A DNA stretch of 64,000 nucleotides from Lepidodermella squamata (lineage: Eukaryota > Animalia > Gastrotricha), in contig JBLDXI010000054.1 in assembly GCA_047495785.1 (NCBI GenBank), positions 2,976,001-3,040,000 on the forward strand, in the 5' to 3' direction. Positions within the stretch are counted from its first letter, which is position 1. Each line of letters starts with the position of its first letter. The notes beneath the pieces are model-generated. The model searched no databases and was not told the DNA's origin. It saw nothing but the letters and a program-made list of their open reading frames with translations. Position numbers and translations under genes: made by a program. Below are positions 37,179-48,250 of the stretch, one piece after another.

Positions 37179-38987
37179 CGAATTTCTTCTCCTGATCATC
37201 AAGACCTGTAATGATACAACTGTTCGAAATGTAGATTCTTGTTTTTCAAAATTGCGACCAATTATGACATTTTTGGCAACCGTCGTTTGTTTTTAACGAC
37301 GCTAGCCGCTCTATACGATCTGTAAATGTGGTTTAACATCAATTTGAAGTTCGAATAAAACTGTTTCGTGTAAAATCGTGGGACAATTTTGAAATTAAGT
37401 GTTAGCTGCGATTAAAATCAAAGATAATTACCTATTCCTGTTCCTGTCAGGGAAATGAGACTTGGCCAGGCACTACTCTATTCTAATTTATTACGAATGA
37501 ATCGAACATTGAGGATCTGCCATTCATGGCCTTTAATATCATAGAGAAATAACTGAAGCGAACATGCCATTGCCTAACTGATAATCATATGATATCACAA
37601 GCTAGTTAGTTCTTATTCGATGGCGGGATGCCAGCCGGCAGATCCTTACGGTTCCATACAAATGATTGGCTCCATGCATTACACTGCTTACACTACATTT
37701 TACAGCAAAGGTATGAGATGAAAGCAATAGTAAAAGCAAAAAAAACATAGGAGCAGTTACGAACCATTAGGTCGTAGGGCTATTGGTGCTTAAGTATAAA
37801 CGCAAATGAGTTTCACGTCTGAAGTCCACAAGTCTTCAAAATAGGCATATCTCTTCCTTTAAGGATCAATACACCGCCGACATGTCGTTGCAATCGCGAT
37901 GCTGTGAGCCATCTTCACAGTCGCACAGCGTAACACCGCTTCAGATTCGTGCAGCCGTACAGATCTTTACAGATTTTACAGATTTCTTTACAGATCTTTA
38001 CAGCCGTACAGATTTGAGAAATAGCCTCATCAAAATACAAGGATGCGGCTGAAAAGGACATGCCCTGCGAACAATCTGGACCAGTTTTCCACCAGTTGAA
38101 GCCAGAGCAGTTGCCAAGCTGTTTGCAATAAGTAGGCGTCGCTTGAACAACCTGTCGAACCGCACAGCTCTAACAGGTATTTTGCGATCAGACTAAATCG
38201 TAGATCTACGTCACATGCAAATCGTGGGTAAGGATAGAGGCAGGAAGCTTACGTCTGTTGGAAAGCGAGCCAGTCCAGTCTGTTCTGCAGGAACAGACAT
38301 TAGTGGCTACGCATGCTCCCTTTTAGCGCCGCTAGGATTGCATAGTGCATATGAAGGTCTATCGTTAGGTATGATACGCTTGAGATTCATTTTCAGATTT
38401 GAGATTCTAGTGTAGTGAAGACTAGAAATTCGAAAACCATATTTAGGGGAAATCTAGTGCTGGAGTCTCCAGTGTTGTAACCCTAAATTTGACGTGCTCA
38501 CTTGGCACACGCATTGTTCTCTTGTATACGGTAAACATTTCACTGTAATTTAGCGTTGACTTGGGCATATCTGTTGGACCATTGTAATACCTGTTTTCTT
38601 GAACTCTGTGAAGGTCGAAAATCTCTCGCTTTTTGTGGAACCATGCATCGGTCGCACTCGTAGGCCGAAAGCCGTTGTCGAAAGCATTCTTCGGAACCGT
38701 AGCCCTCCTAGATGACAGGTTTCCCTGGAACCTAGAAGAACTGGGTACTGAGTACATTTTCTTTACTACAAGAAGTATCGCTGGCGCATTCCTAGTTACC
38801 ATCCAATAAAATGTTATGTCGCATCGTTAGCGGCCTCGTCGAAAGAATTACGCATTTTTTTTTTTAAATGAGTGAATTTGGTGGGAGTTTCGAAGAAAAT
38901 AAAGGATGAATCGATGGACCTAATCAAGTTTTGTCCCTAATCAACTCGGGAGGGATTTACAGCCGTGATAGTCATGGTTCCCTATTA

Positions 38988-39435
38988 CCGTATTTTACGA
39001 ATTATTAGGCAGGACCCAATTATAGGGCAGAACCGGAATAAAGGGCGGAGGGTAATGGTCATTTGAAACAATAAAGGGCAGAACCGTATTAATAGGCAGG
39101 GCCTTGTATGAAGTGGCTTACATGAGCGCCTGCTGAGTGAGTGGTTAGAGTTGGATAGGTTGAGATTTTTCGTCGGTAAGTGCACAAATCGCCCTTTATC
39201 CACATTAATCCTCTTGAGCAAACACTTTACGCGTGTAGTCACAGGTGGAAGGCAGTAGCTATAGTGGTTATTCGGCGGATTTAACTGTTGATCTAGGTAC
39301 TCTTCAGGTGACTGATTAGGTTCGAAAAAATAAAGGGCAGAGCCGAAATAAAAGGCAGACCCTAAATACAGGGCAGGACTTGAACCTCGTTTGAAAAAAA
39401 ATACAGGGCAGGGTCTTATAATTAGTAAAATACGG
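38988..39435. mobile_element. Tc1/mariner-pogo type MITE
   Basis: TA|CCGTATTTTAC ... GTAAAATACGG|TA; absent from the paralogous region near 26505-26515. Confidence 0.85.
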
Positions 39436-39568
39436 TAGTACAGTGCACGACCAAAATGTTACACGCCGGAGTCTTACTACTAGTGTCTAGCTAACGATCG
39501 ATTGACCAATCAGCCTGCCCTTTGTAGTTGTTACAGAGTGCATTGTTTTCGGTTCCCGAACGCAAGCA

Positions 39569-39640
39569 GCCCTTGTGGCCTAATGGCAAGGCGTCGGCCT
39601 CCTAAGCCGAAGATTGCGGGTTCGAGTCCCGCCGGGGGTG
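39569..39640 (+). tRNA. tRNA-Arg(CCT)
   Basis: Identical to 26629-26700. Confidence 0.9.
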
Positions 39641-39711
39641 CAATATTTTTGCGAGTTCCACCAGTATTACAGCACAGGTTGACATTGCTTCCAGCTCCTA
39701 ACTAAATATTA

Positions 39712-41576
39712 CAGTGCTCCCTCGATAAAAGCACTGGGTCGGGAGCCAGACCCGGTCTTTAAACAAGGGAAAGCTATAACGAGGGCTGTAATTGAATGCA
39801 GGAGCTAAAAATAGACCGTTGCTACGTCTTAAGACAGTTGCCATGGCAACGCGCTGAAAGAGACGGACACGGATTATGTGTAATTCAAAATTTTGTTAAG
39901 GCGACTTTGATTTGACTGGTTAGCCATTGCTTTTAACTCTGATCTTCATCCTGCCTGGGGTTAACGAACTCGCAATTGAAACGGAACCTGGAATCTCAGT
40001 GTTTCAATTTACTTCAAACAAGCACATCTCGTCCAATTAAAATAATAAAAAAATGCATTCAAAATAAAACAAATTCCACCATCTTTTTCCAGTAGCCTGA
40101 AATCACTATTCATATATTTCTCTGGAAAAATCACAAGCAAATTTAGCGCAAAATGCTCTATAATACGGAGTGTTCAATTCAGAAGTCACGCTTCGCCCAA
40201 AATTCGTAGAGTTATTCAAAAAATGACTATTATAAATTGTGAAAAAATTAAGACGAAATACGGATTTTCGATTATTTTTACGCAGTTAGGCTTGCTCTTT
40301 CTTTCTTGAATTTTTTCGAATTGATGGCAAATTAATGAGCGATCCCGGATCTCGTGATTTCAAGGCATAAGACGCGTGCTTCCGCCAAGAGGAAACACCG
40401 ATTCGATGGGTGTTTCGATTGAATCGAATGAATTAACTTTTCAGGCGGGGTCTGATTTCCATTCGACTGGCTATAATTGAGATCAGAGCAAGTGAACAAA
40501 TCGGCCAGAAGCTCCCGCCGCCCCTCCTCGGGATGTTGCGATTTTCAAAGTCAAAATCTAATTATCAAAAACTACGAAAAAACTGAGAAAATTACCAGGG
40601 CATTGAGTAATGAACTCGTGAAGCCAGTTTCATGTTAGATCAGGCCTATCAAGTACCGAAATCGGGTAATAATTCCAATAACTCCAACTCAAGGGGATGA
40701 AATCGGTCTCATGATGAATGAGCAAATGAGAATAAATTCATGTATCCAAATTTAATTGGATCTGAAAAGAAGGACTTGATTCTTCCTGATTACGCAACAC
40801 AGCTGGGAAATAAATTTGAAAAACTGAAAAAACTCCTCATTTAGAGTGGAAAATTCAAGAATTTTCGACCAGGAAAACCTGAATTTTTAGTGATTTCCTA
40901 TTAGGCTCACGGTTTATTCCAGCGGGGTTCATTCAAAGATGGCGAAATAACTTCAGAAATTATAAAAAATACCATGAAGTTGTATAGGTTTTCCTAAAAA
41001 AAAATGCTGATTCATGCTAATAAAGCTGATAAATATAAAGAGATTTTCTAGCAGGGAAAACTGCTAAATATGAAAAATCAGGGCAATTCAATGGGTCTAT
41101 TGGTTGATTAGCAATTAACGTCATGAAAAATCTGCAAATCAAGAAGGTTGAAGATAGACGGGAATTTTTATAGTTGTTGAAATTAATCATTTTTTCCTGA
41201 TGAACTGGCGTAATTTCTGGTAAAATTTCAACTAAAAAACAGGACGACTCGCAGCACGACGTGAGTGGCAGCTAATCAACACACTCTGTTGCATAATCAA
41301 AGTCATTTCAAAACCATAAGAACAGCTTGATGCACTGATGATCTCCTTCAACTCGTTTTAACTGAACGTAAAATAACTGGATCTCTCAAAACCACGGCAA
41401 CGGGCTGCTAGGTTTCTAGGAACGCTAATTTTTCACACTTAATTTTTTTAATTCATCAGAAAATTATTATTTGTTTGATTAAAAATTTACAACTAATTTA
41501 TTTAGCAGGGTCCAAAATTACGGTCTACAAACGAGGGAGTTCTTTTAAGGAGGGTGCCACTAACGAGGGAGCACTG
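39712..41576. mobile_element. Non-autonomous pogo/Tigger-like element (~1.87 kb)
   Basis: TA|CAGTGCTCCCTCG ... CGAGGGAGCACTG|TA; no transposase ORF. Confidence 0.8.
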
Positions 41577-41620
41577 TATTGTTTTAGACCCTAACTAAAA
41601 ATTATTGTTTTAAGTCTTTC

Positions 41621-41738
41621 GCTTCTCTCTGAAGGAGAAGCCTAAGAAATCGCCCGAAGGCTCATTGAATGTTCCCACGCACGGAAATCTTTAGTAAAAG
41701 GCGAAAGATTTTTACGTTTTGCGCGGAAACCAGAGTAC
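41621..41738 (-). ncRNA. U5: U5 snRNA
   Basis: Loop I and PSE-like element present; the Sm-region reads GATTTCTTAG. Confidence 0.88.
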
Positions 41739-42349
41739 TCACCATTAGATTAAAATTTCAGCCCGTTTTAAGGTGGAATCCACATAGGACATCCTACTTA
41801 TTAGCATATTCGCAAAACTTGAGAAAAATACAATGCCACCAAAAAGTGATACTGGATACTACAAATGTTATGACGAGAATTTACAACCAAAGTCTGGCGT
41901 AACCTTCTAAGCCTCGTTTGTGTTCGGGTTTTTTAATTGTTTGGGCCCATTTCGAGCCGCGATTGAACTATTGGAGCAGAAAGAGCCAAAAATGAAGAGC
42001 AGGAGGAAGAAGGATGCATTGTGAGAAGAAGAAGCAGAATTTGAAATGCGTCTGCTAACGGCTGAAGGCGACGATTTTCTTTAACGAACGGAAAAGGAAT
42101 GGTAGTATAGTATAGTATGCCTTAGACGAATTCGCCGGTTGGCAAGTCTATTCGGAAATTCATACCGCATGCGGTGTTTCCAGATGAAGAGGCCTCCGTG
42201 ACAACTCGGGAGGTTAGTATTAGTACATCCGCAGTTTGATTTACTGGTATTTGATATTGGTATTTTAATATCTTGGATTTTACAAATTCCTCGCCCAACA
42301 ATCTCCGATCATTCCTTAATTTAATATTCGTATTAATTACTTGTAACAA

Positions 42350-42420
42350 GCGCCGCTAGTGTAACGGTATCATACAAGATTCCCATTCTTGTGACCCGGG
42401 TTCGACTCCCGGGCGGCGCA
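42350..42420 (+). tRNA. tRNA-Gly(CCC)
   Basis: GCGCCGCTAGTGTAACGGTATCAT...TTCCCATT...GGTTCGACTCC. Confidence 0.88.
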
Positions 42421-42503
42421 GAATCATTTTTACCATCGTTTTGCATAGATAAAAGCCTCTTTGAGCTCAAAATCTAGTATTATACTGTTTGAATTTTAAA
42501 GCA

Positions 42504-42575
42504 GCCCTCGTGGCCTAATGGCAAGGCGTTGGACTTCTAATTCAAAGATTGCGGGTTCGAGTCCCGCCGGGGGTG
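42504..42575 (+). tRNA. tRNA-Arg(TCT)
   Basis: Body close to the Arg(CCT) genes; anticodon loop CT-TCT-AA. Confidence 0.82.
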
Positions 42576-43020
42576 CAATATTTTTTGAGTTGGCTATTGT
42601 AGGATATTCCTAGTGACTGAGGAAAGATCAGGTTAAGTGCTGAAGGTTCTAGTTATTTACTCGAGGCACTCGTCCCGTTTTAGAAAAGGTTGCAAAGCTC
42701 AACTGTAAAAAAGGGTTAGTTTACAATGGGTTAAGTATAGGTATAGTTAATAAACGTGAGTGGAAAGTTGCAATAGTCTGTAATGCCTCTATTCGCGATC
42801 GCTTTGTGACCTTGAAAGAAAGCACTCCAGATTTCTGGGTAATTACAGGCCATCAAACAGCGGTCCTGGAGTTCGGAACCCCTTATTAGAGCGCTCAAGA
42901 GCTATTCCATCAAAAACGTAGATCGAAGTTTAATACCATAGCTCGATGACATGATTTAATTCAAAACTATTTTCCGTGAAGTCACTTTCAGTTTCTGAAA
43001 GTAGTTGTTTTTGGTCTTTC

Positions 43021-43137
43021 GCTTCTCTCTGAAGGAGAAGCCCAAGAAATCGCCCGAAGGCTCATTGAATGTTCCCACGCAGGAAATCTTTAGTAAAAGG
43101 CGAAAGATTTGTTCGTTTTGCGCGGAAACCAGAGTAC
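43021..43137 (-). pseudogene. U5: U5 snRNA copy without the upstream element and with a 1-nt stem deletion
   Basis: cccacgcaggaa vs cccacgcacggaa in other copies; PSE-like box missing. Confidence 0.7.
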
Positions 43138-43342
43138 TCAACATTAGATTAAAATTTCTGCCCATAGTAAAAAAGTGGGTGGTTTTTCATCTCCGCTGGA
43201 AACTCAAAAGTTGAGGCAACTGATGAAACCTCTTCGGACGGCAACATTATGTTCGCAAAAATCTGAGTTACAAAAGTCACCATAGAGCTGTGGTCTTGGG
43301 AAAAACAGGGGGGAAATGGAAAAATTTCATAGCGAAAAATGT

Positions 43343-43415
43343 CGAGGCTGCCAGGAGTCGAACCTGGAATCTTCTGATCCGTAGTCAGACGCGTTGTCCA
43401 TTGCGCCACAACCCC
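43343..43415 (-). tRNA. tRNA-Arg(ACG)
   Basis: Identical to 27733-27805. Confidence 0.9.
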
Positions 43416-43663
43416 GCTTTGGTAGTATAATTTCGAGAACGGCTCTTGATACCATCTATCAAATGGTAGTCATCACGCAATTGATAAAGCTCAAGTCCAG
43501 CATCCAGCGTGTCAGTTATCGCAAGCACGAAATGTGATCACCTGTAGTAATAACATGCTAAAACTACGGCTTTTTAATCAAACCATATGCTTTTTCATAT
43601 TCCAGCACGGTAATTGATTATGCTGGAACAAACAAGCATTTCAGGTTAACGCGCAGTCGAGCA

Positions 43664-43736
43664 GCCCGGTTAGCTCAGTCGGTAGAGCATGGGACTCTTA
43701 ATCCCAGGGTCGTGGGTTCGAGCCCCACATCGGGCG
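43664..43736 (+). tRNA. tRNA-Lys(CTT)
   Basis: Identical to 28047-28119. Confidence 0.93.
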
Positions 43737-45271
43737 ATCACTTTTTTATCAACATGCATCATCAGCATGAAATAATGAAAAATTTATTCCACCGCATCTT
43801 CGTGCGAGGTCTGCTTGAAATTCTTCACTTAGTCGTGATAACTTTTCCTGCCTAAAGTGAGGTGAATATATTAATGAGATAGGTTTCCTACGTGGATTCC
43901 ACCTTAAAACGGGCCAACATTTAAAATTAACATATAGTACTCTGGTTAACTTAAGTGCGCGAGTAAACAAGATTAAGGAGGATTAATTTCCTTGAAAATG
44001 TCCTCGTCAAAGGCTCACTGCGGGTCGCGCGAGTGGACAAGGGCTCGCGACTACTAGCAAATTGCGCGATAACTAGGGCAAATTATGTCTAATATGAGCT
44101 ACTGTTACCCATGTAGAGAGCCTACGCGGCTCTAGACCGGAAGCGCCGTTCTTGCAAAAAAGCATGAAATATAGAGGTTTATTACACTTTGATAGATAGA
44201 AAATTACACTTTGATGGCTGTGTAAATTACACTTTGATAAGTGGATGAATCATATTATTATTGTCGATTTTTTTTTCTTTTTTTCTGCTGCGCTGCTTTT
44301 CTCTTCGAGAAAATACGCTAAGTCAGAGATTTCAGCTGATAGCTGATCACTCAAACAACAAGACAATACTTTGCCCCCATTACCATGCGAGCGGAGCGAG
44401 CATGTAAGCCGGCCTCGGTAGTTTTTTATGTTGAGTCATAATGAAGTGTTGGTTTATTAGGTAAATTAGAAAAACAATTCCTCAGCCCGCAGGCTAAATA
44501 GGAGATTACCGGGCTGTTAGTGGCCCCTCAGTGTTAGCAAATTGAATATACACAGCTACGGCTCCGCGTATTAAGCGAGGTCGACAGAATGACAAATAAC
44601 TATAAATATACAGTGTTCATTATAATGTTAATACGGGAATACTTCCAAGCCAACGCCTCGGGCCGCCGCTTTGCGCGTGCCGCCACCCGAGGCCCAACCG
44701 CTGCCTGCATCGACGAAAATCTACAGATAGTCCATCAGCCACCAAAAGGAACCAACCACTCATCGCCTCGGGCCGCCGTTTGGTGCGTGCCGCCACCCGA
44801 GGCCCAACTGCTACCAGGATCGACGATCCGCAAACTAAGAACATGCCTTAAGGACCATGCCTCGGCATTACAATTCAATTTTAAAAAGTCTAAGATCTAG
44901 GACAAGAAAACAGAAAACATAGCCGGACTCGAACCGGGGCCTCTTGCGGCACATAACAAAATACGATTTAACCGGACCCGAACCGATTGCCTTTCACATA
45001 CATAGAGATTTTGAAAAGATAATTTGAAAAGACCTAGGGGACTAGAGAAAGAAATAAGATAGAAGAGAGGAACTGAGAGGGAACCTACAGCGCACAGATA
45101 GCATCTATCCGCCACTAGTCAGGAACCGGAAAGGTCCGGCCGCGCAGGGAGCGATGCTCTCATCGCCACCCGCAACGAACCTGCCCTCCCCGCGACAAGC
45201 TGCGCTCGGGTCGTTGCTTCCGTGGACCGCCACCCGCCGCTGGCTTTCCGCCTCTAACACCCGACAACAGC

Positions 45272-48250
45272 CTAAACTGCTAGGATCGCTGGAAGTCGAT
45301 CAAAGGACGATCGAACCGAAGGTAGAGGCCCAGCTCCCAATATATGGTCAAGAAAGAAACGCACTGGGGATTTACTCTCCGGCACGGGCCTATCGCGACT
45401 CTGACGAACTATTTCGCCTAGCACGCTACCTGCTTCAAGCGCCTTGTTGAAGCAGTTGAACGATAGGGTGGACAAACGTTCTTCGATCAGCTGGAACTCC
45501 GGAAAGGTGGCCTTCAACCGCCGCTGATAGATCTCATTCGGGCACCGACGTGGGAGACCCAAGATGATCTTAAGGGCCCGCCGTTCTAAGACCGCCAGTT
45601 TTTCGATGAACTGTGGCTTCGAGTTGGCGAACGCCGGGGCACCGAATTCCAACAGCGGCCGGATGACGCTCTTGTAGAACAGGAGACCCAAGTTGGGGTG
45701 AGTCTTTACCCTGCCACGAAAAAGGGCGAAAATACGAGGAAGGGCTCGTGCGCTGACGTGCTCTAAGTGCGGTGTCCAGCACAAGTGCTTGGACAGCCAA
45801 ACACCTAGGTACTTGAACTGTTGCACTCTAGGCAGGCAGATGCCTCCCAACTGGAGTTGACCAGCTGTGAGGTTGACGTTGGCGCCGAATGCGACCCACT
45901 CGCACTTCCTCGGGTTCAGGTCAAGTCTCCAGCGCTGAGACCAGCGTTCTGTGACCCGAAGTGCCGCTTGGACACGAGCAGTGACGAGTGGGGCCGGTCG
46001 CCCTGTAGCCCACACAGCCTGGTCGTCGGCGTATGCCGCCGCGGCAGTTCTTTTTACCGCGTCGTCCTTGTCGACCTCCGCTGGGAGGGACGAAGAAGTG
46101 TAGATGATGAAGAGTATCGGGGATAAAGGAGATCCCTGAGGGACTCCGCAAGCTACCTCGACGTCTTCACTGAAACTGTCTCCTACCCTTACTTTCATAC
46201 GCCTGTCGCGTAAGAAGTCCGAAATCCACCGCACAACGGCTACGGGTAGGCCAAGGCCTTTAAGGACCATTCGTAAACCGTTGTGCCAAATGGAGTCGAA
46301 AGCTGCCTTGTAGTCCAGGAACGCCACAACAGTAGTTAATTTATCAGGTCTGCCCAACTCATCTTTATGCACGAATCCGTCTGTGATGTCATGCATAAGT
46401 CTGAGGATGGCATCCAAGACTGACAGCCACTTCTGGAACCCGACTTGGCTTGGCGTCAAAATCTTGTTCCGCAAGCAGAACTCAAGAATGAACCCAGCCA
46501 CGACGGCCTCCAGAAGCTTTGCCATGCAGCTGGTTAAGGAAACTGGCCTATACCCATCCAGGGACCGTGGCGATTTCCCCGCCTTGGGCACCGGTACCAC
46601 AATTCCAATTTTCCAAGCAGCTGGCAGATAGCCGGCGTTCAAAGATAAATTAAACAGGAGAAGGATAGCCTCTAGGAGAGGTGGGGGAGCGTTCTTAATC
46701 AACGGGTTGAGGATCCCATCTTCCCCGGGAGCTTTAAGCTTCAACCGGGCAAGCTGGGAGTTGAAGGCGTTCCTAGAAATCATGACGTCTAATTTATCTG
46801 GTATTGTTAGAGAGGCATTGAGCTCCTCGTCTACCTCGCATGCTTGGTCGATCGAGTCCCAAAATTCTTGGTCCGCCTGATGCGGTGAGCTACGAGGCGC
46901 GGCCTGGAACGTCGGCGCCCAATTTTCAGCAAAAACCCTCGCCTTCTCTGGGTTTGACGTCACCTTCGTCCCGTTCGCTAAGTTAAGGGTGGGGATCACG
47001 CGTTGCGAGCCTTTCGATTCCCCCAAAATACGCTGTGCGTGTTGCCACGCCAGGGCAGCTTGCTGCGCCTGAAAAAGCTGTGCTATGTGGTTCAACCGCC
47101 GCCGACATTTTTTATCCGCCTCTATCGCGACCTCTCGCGCCACCTGCCGTGTCGCAGCATTTAAAGCCGCTTTAGACGCAGCAGAGCGTTCATTTCGATT
47201 TTTCTTGTCACACCGATTCCTGGCCTCGATAGCCCGCTTGACAGCATGGCTGAGTCGTACCTTAGGCAATTTAGCCACCGGCACACGAGCTAGCGTGGTT
47301 TTCGCGCTACTCATTATTACCTCGGAGATACTTGCGGCGAAGACGTCCAGCGCCCTGACCGAGTCCCCGCCTTTTGGGCGAACGACTGGCGCTATCTTCT
47401 CCGCGCATACTCTCTGGTATTCAGGCCAGTCGGCGTTCAAAAAATCGAAACGAACGTCCCGAGCGGCTGCCGGCACCGAGGCATTGGCCAACGGTGAACA
47501 GGAGTTCCGCTCCGGGAGCACGAGTGTGAGGCCCGCGATAGTGACGGCATGATCGCTTCGATAGCAATCTAGAACAGCAGGCGCACGGTTGAAACACTTA
47601 TCAGCAGCCAGTGAACTGAGCCATACATCTAAGACTCGCGACACGTGACCTTCCCTGAACCGCGTGGGAGCAGTTGGCGAGCTATGCAAAACCACAGAGG
47701 AGGATTTTAGGTACTCCGAAAGAAGCCCCCCGCTTCCCGTTCGCTGAACGTTCCAGTCCGCGCAACCTAACTCTTCCGCCCAGGCGTTCAAGTCGCCAGC
47801 GAAGATCGAGTTTGTAGACGAATCACTCAAGACCTCTCTAATGAAAGATGTGTCTAATGGGCTATGTGAAGGATTGTACCCTGTGGCAATCGTAAGTCTC
47901 GCTGAGGCGTTGACTTCGCCTACTAGCAGCTCAACTGCAAGCCACTCGCCTCTAGAGGCTGGCGCAAACTTTACTTCGGCACAATCTAGTATTGGCTTTG
48001 ACTGACTAATAAAGATTGCGACGCCGCCACAGTTTAGCCCGTACGCTCCTAATCTATCTACGCGGAAAGCAGTGTAGCCAGGGAGGTCGAATTTCTCGCC
48101 GAACTTTAGCCAAGTCTCGTTTAAAAGAATGACATGAGGCCCATATTGCTCTATAATGTGGAGAAGTTCAGCTCTTTTCGCCTTGATGCCCTGGCAATTC
48201 CACTGGATTACGATGATTCTACTTTTTCTGAGTGTACTAAGACTAGGCAT
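45272..48250 (-). CDS. LINE ORF2: AP endonuclease + reverse transcriptase
   Basis: QWNCQG, LNETWL, GDLNA and SDH (APE); KAPGEDG, YRPVSLTS, GVPQGSPLSP, YADD and KYLG (RT). No RNase H recognised. Confidence 0.95.
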   Translation of the reverse strand: MPSLSTLRKSRIIVIQWNCQGIKAKRAELLHIIEQYGPHVILLNETWLKFGEKFDLPGYTAFRVDRLGAYGLNCGGVAIFISQSKPILDCAEVKFAPASRGEWLAVELLVGEVNASARLTIATGYNPSHSPLDTSFIREVLSDSSTNSIFAGDLNAWAEELGCADWNVQRTGSGGLLSEYLKSSSVVLHSSPTAPTRFREGHVSRVLDVWLSSLAADKCFNRAPAVLDCYRSDHAVTIAGLTLVLPERNSCSPLANASVPAAARDVRFDFLNADWPEYQRVCAEKIAPVVRPKGGDSVRALDVFAASISEVIMSSAKTTLARVPVAKLPKVRLSHAVKRAIEARNRCDKKNRNERSAASKAALNAATRQVAREVAIEADKKCRRRLNHIAQLFQAQQAALAWQHAQRILGESKGSQRVIPTLNLANGTKVTSNPEKARVFAENWAPTFQAAPRSSPHQADQEFWDSIDQACEVDEELNASLTIPDKLDVMISRNAFNSQLARLKLKAPGEDGILNPLIKNAPPPLLEAILLLFNLSLNAGYLPAAWKIGIVVPVPKAGKSPRSLDGYRPVSLTSCMAKLLEAVVAGFILEFCLRNKILTPSQVGFQKWLSVLDAILRLMHDITDGFVHKDELGRPDKLTTVVAFLDYKAAFDSIWHNGLRMVLKGLGLPVAVVRWISDFLRDRRMKVRVGDSFSEDVEVACGVPQGSPLSPILFIIYTSSSLPAEVDKDDAVKRTAAAAYADDQAVWATGRPAPLVTARVQAALRVTERWSQRWRLDLNPRKCEWVAFGANVNLTAGQLQLGGICLPRVQQFKYLGVWLSKHLCWTPHLEHVSARALPRIFALFRGRVKTHPNLGLLFYKSVIRPLLEFGAPAFANSKPQFIEKLAVLERRALKIILGLPRRCPNEIYQRRLKATFPEFQLIEERLSTLSFNCFNKALEAGSVLGEIVRQSRDRPVPESKSPVRFFLDHILGAGPLPSVRSSFDRLPAILAV

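Larger units (their letters stand above)
40415..44441 (+). repeat. ~4.03-kb direct duplication, copy 1 (copy 2 at 50876-54902)
   Basis: Constant offset of 10,461 bp; identical ORF-track entries in both copies; only one substitution noticed by eye. Confidence 0.95.

Noticed and set aside
41669-43970. Duplicated short ORFs (for example MFPRTEIF..., MAQWTTRL..., MLQVINTN...) as a protein family
   Set aside because: They are incidental translations of U5 and tRNA genes and of the 4-kb duplication.
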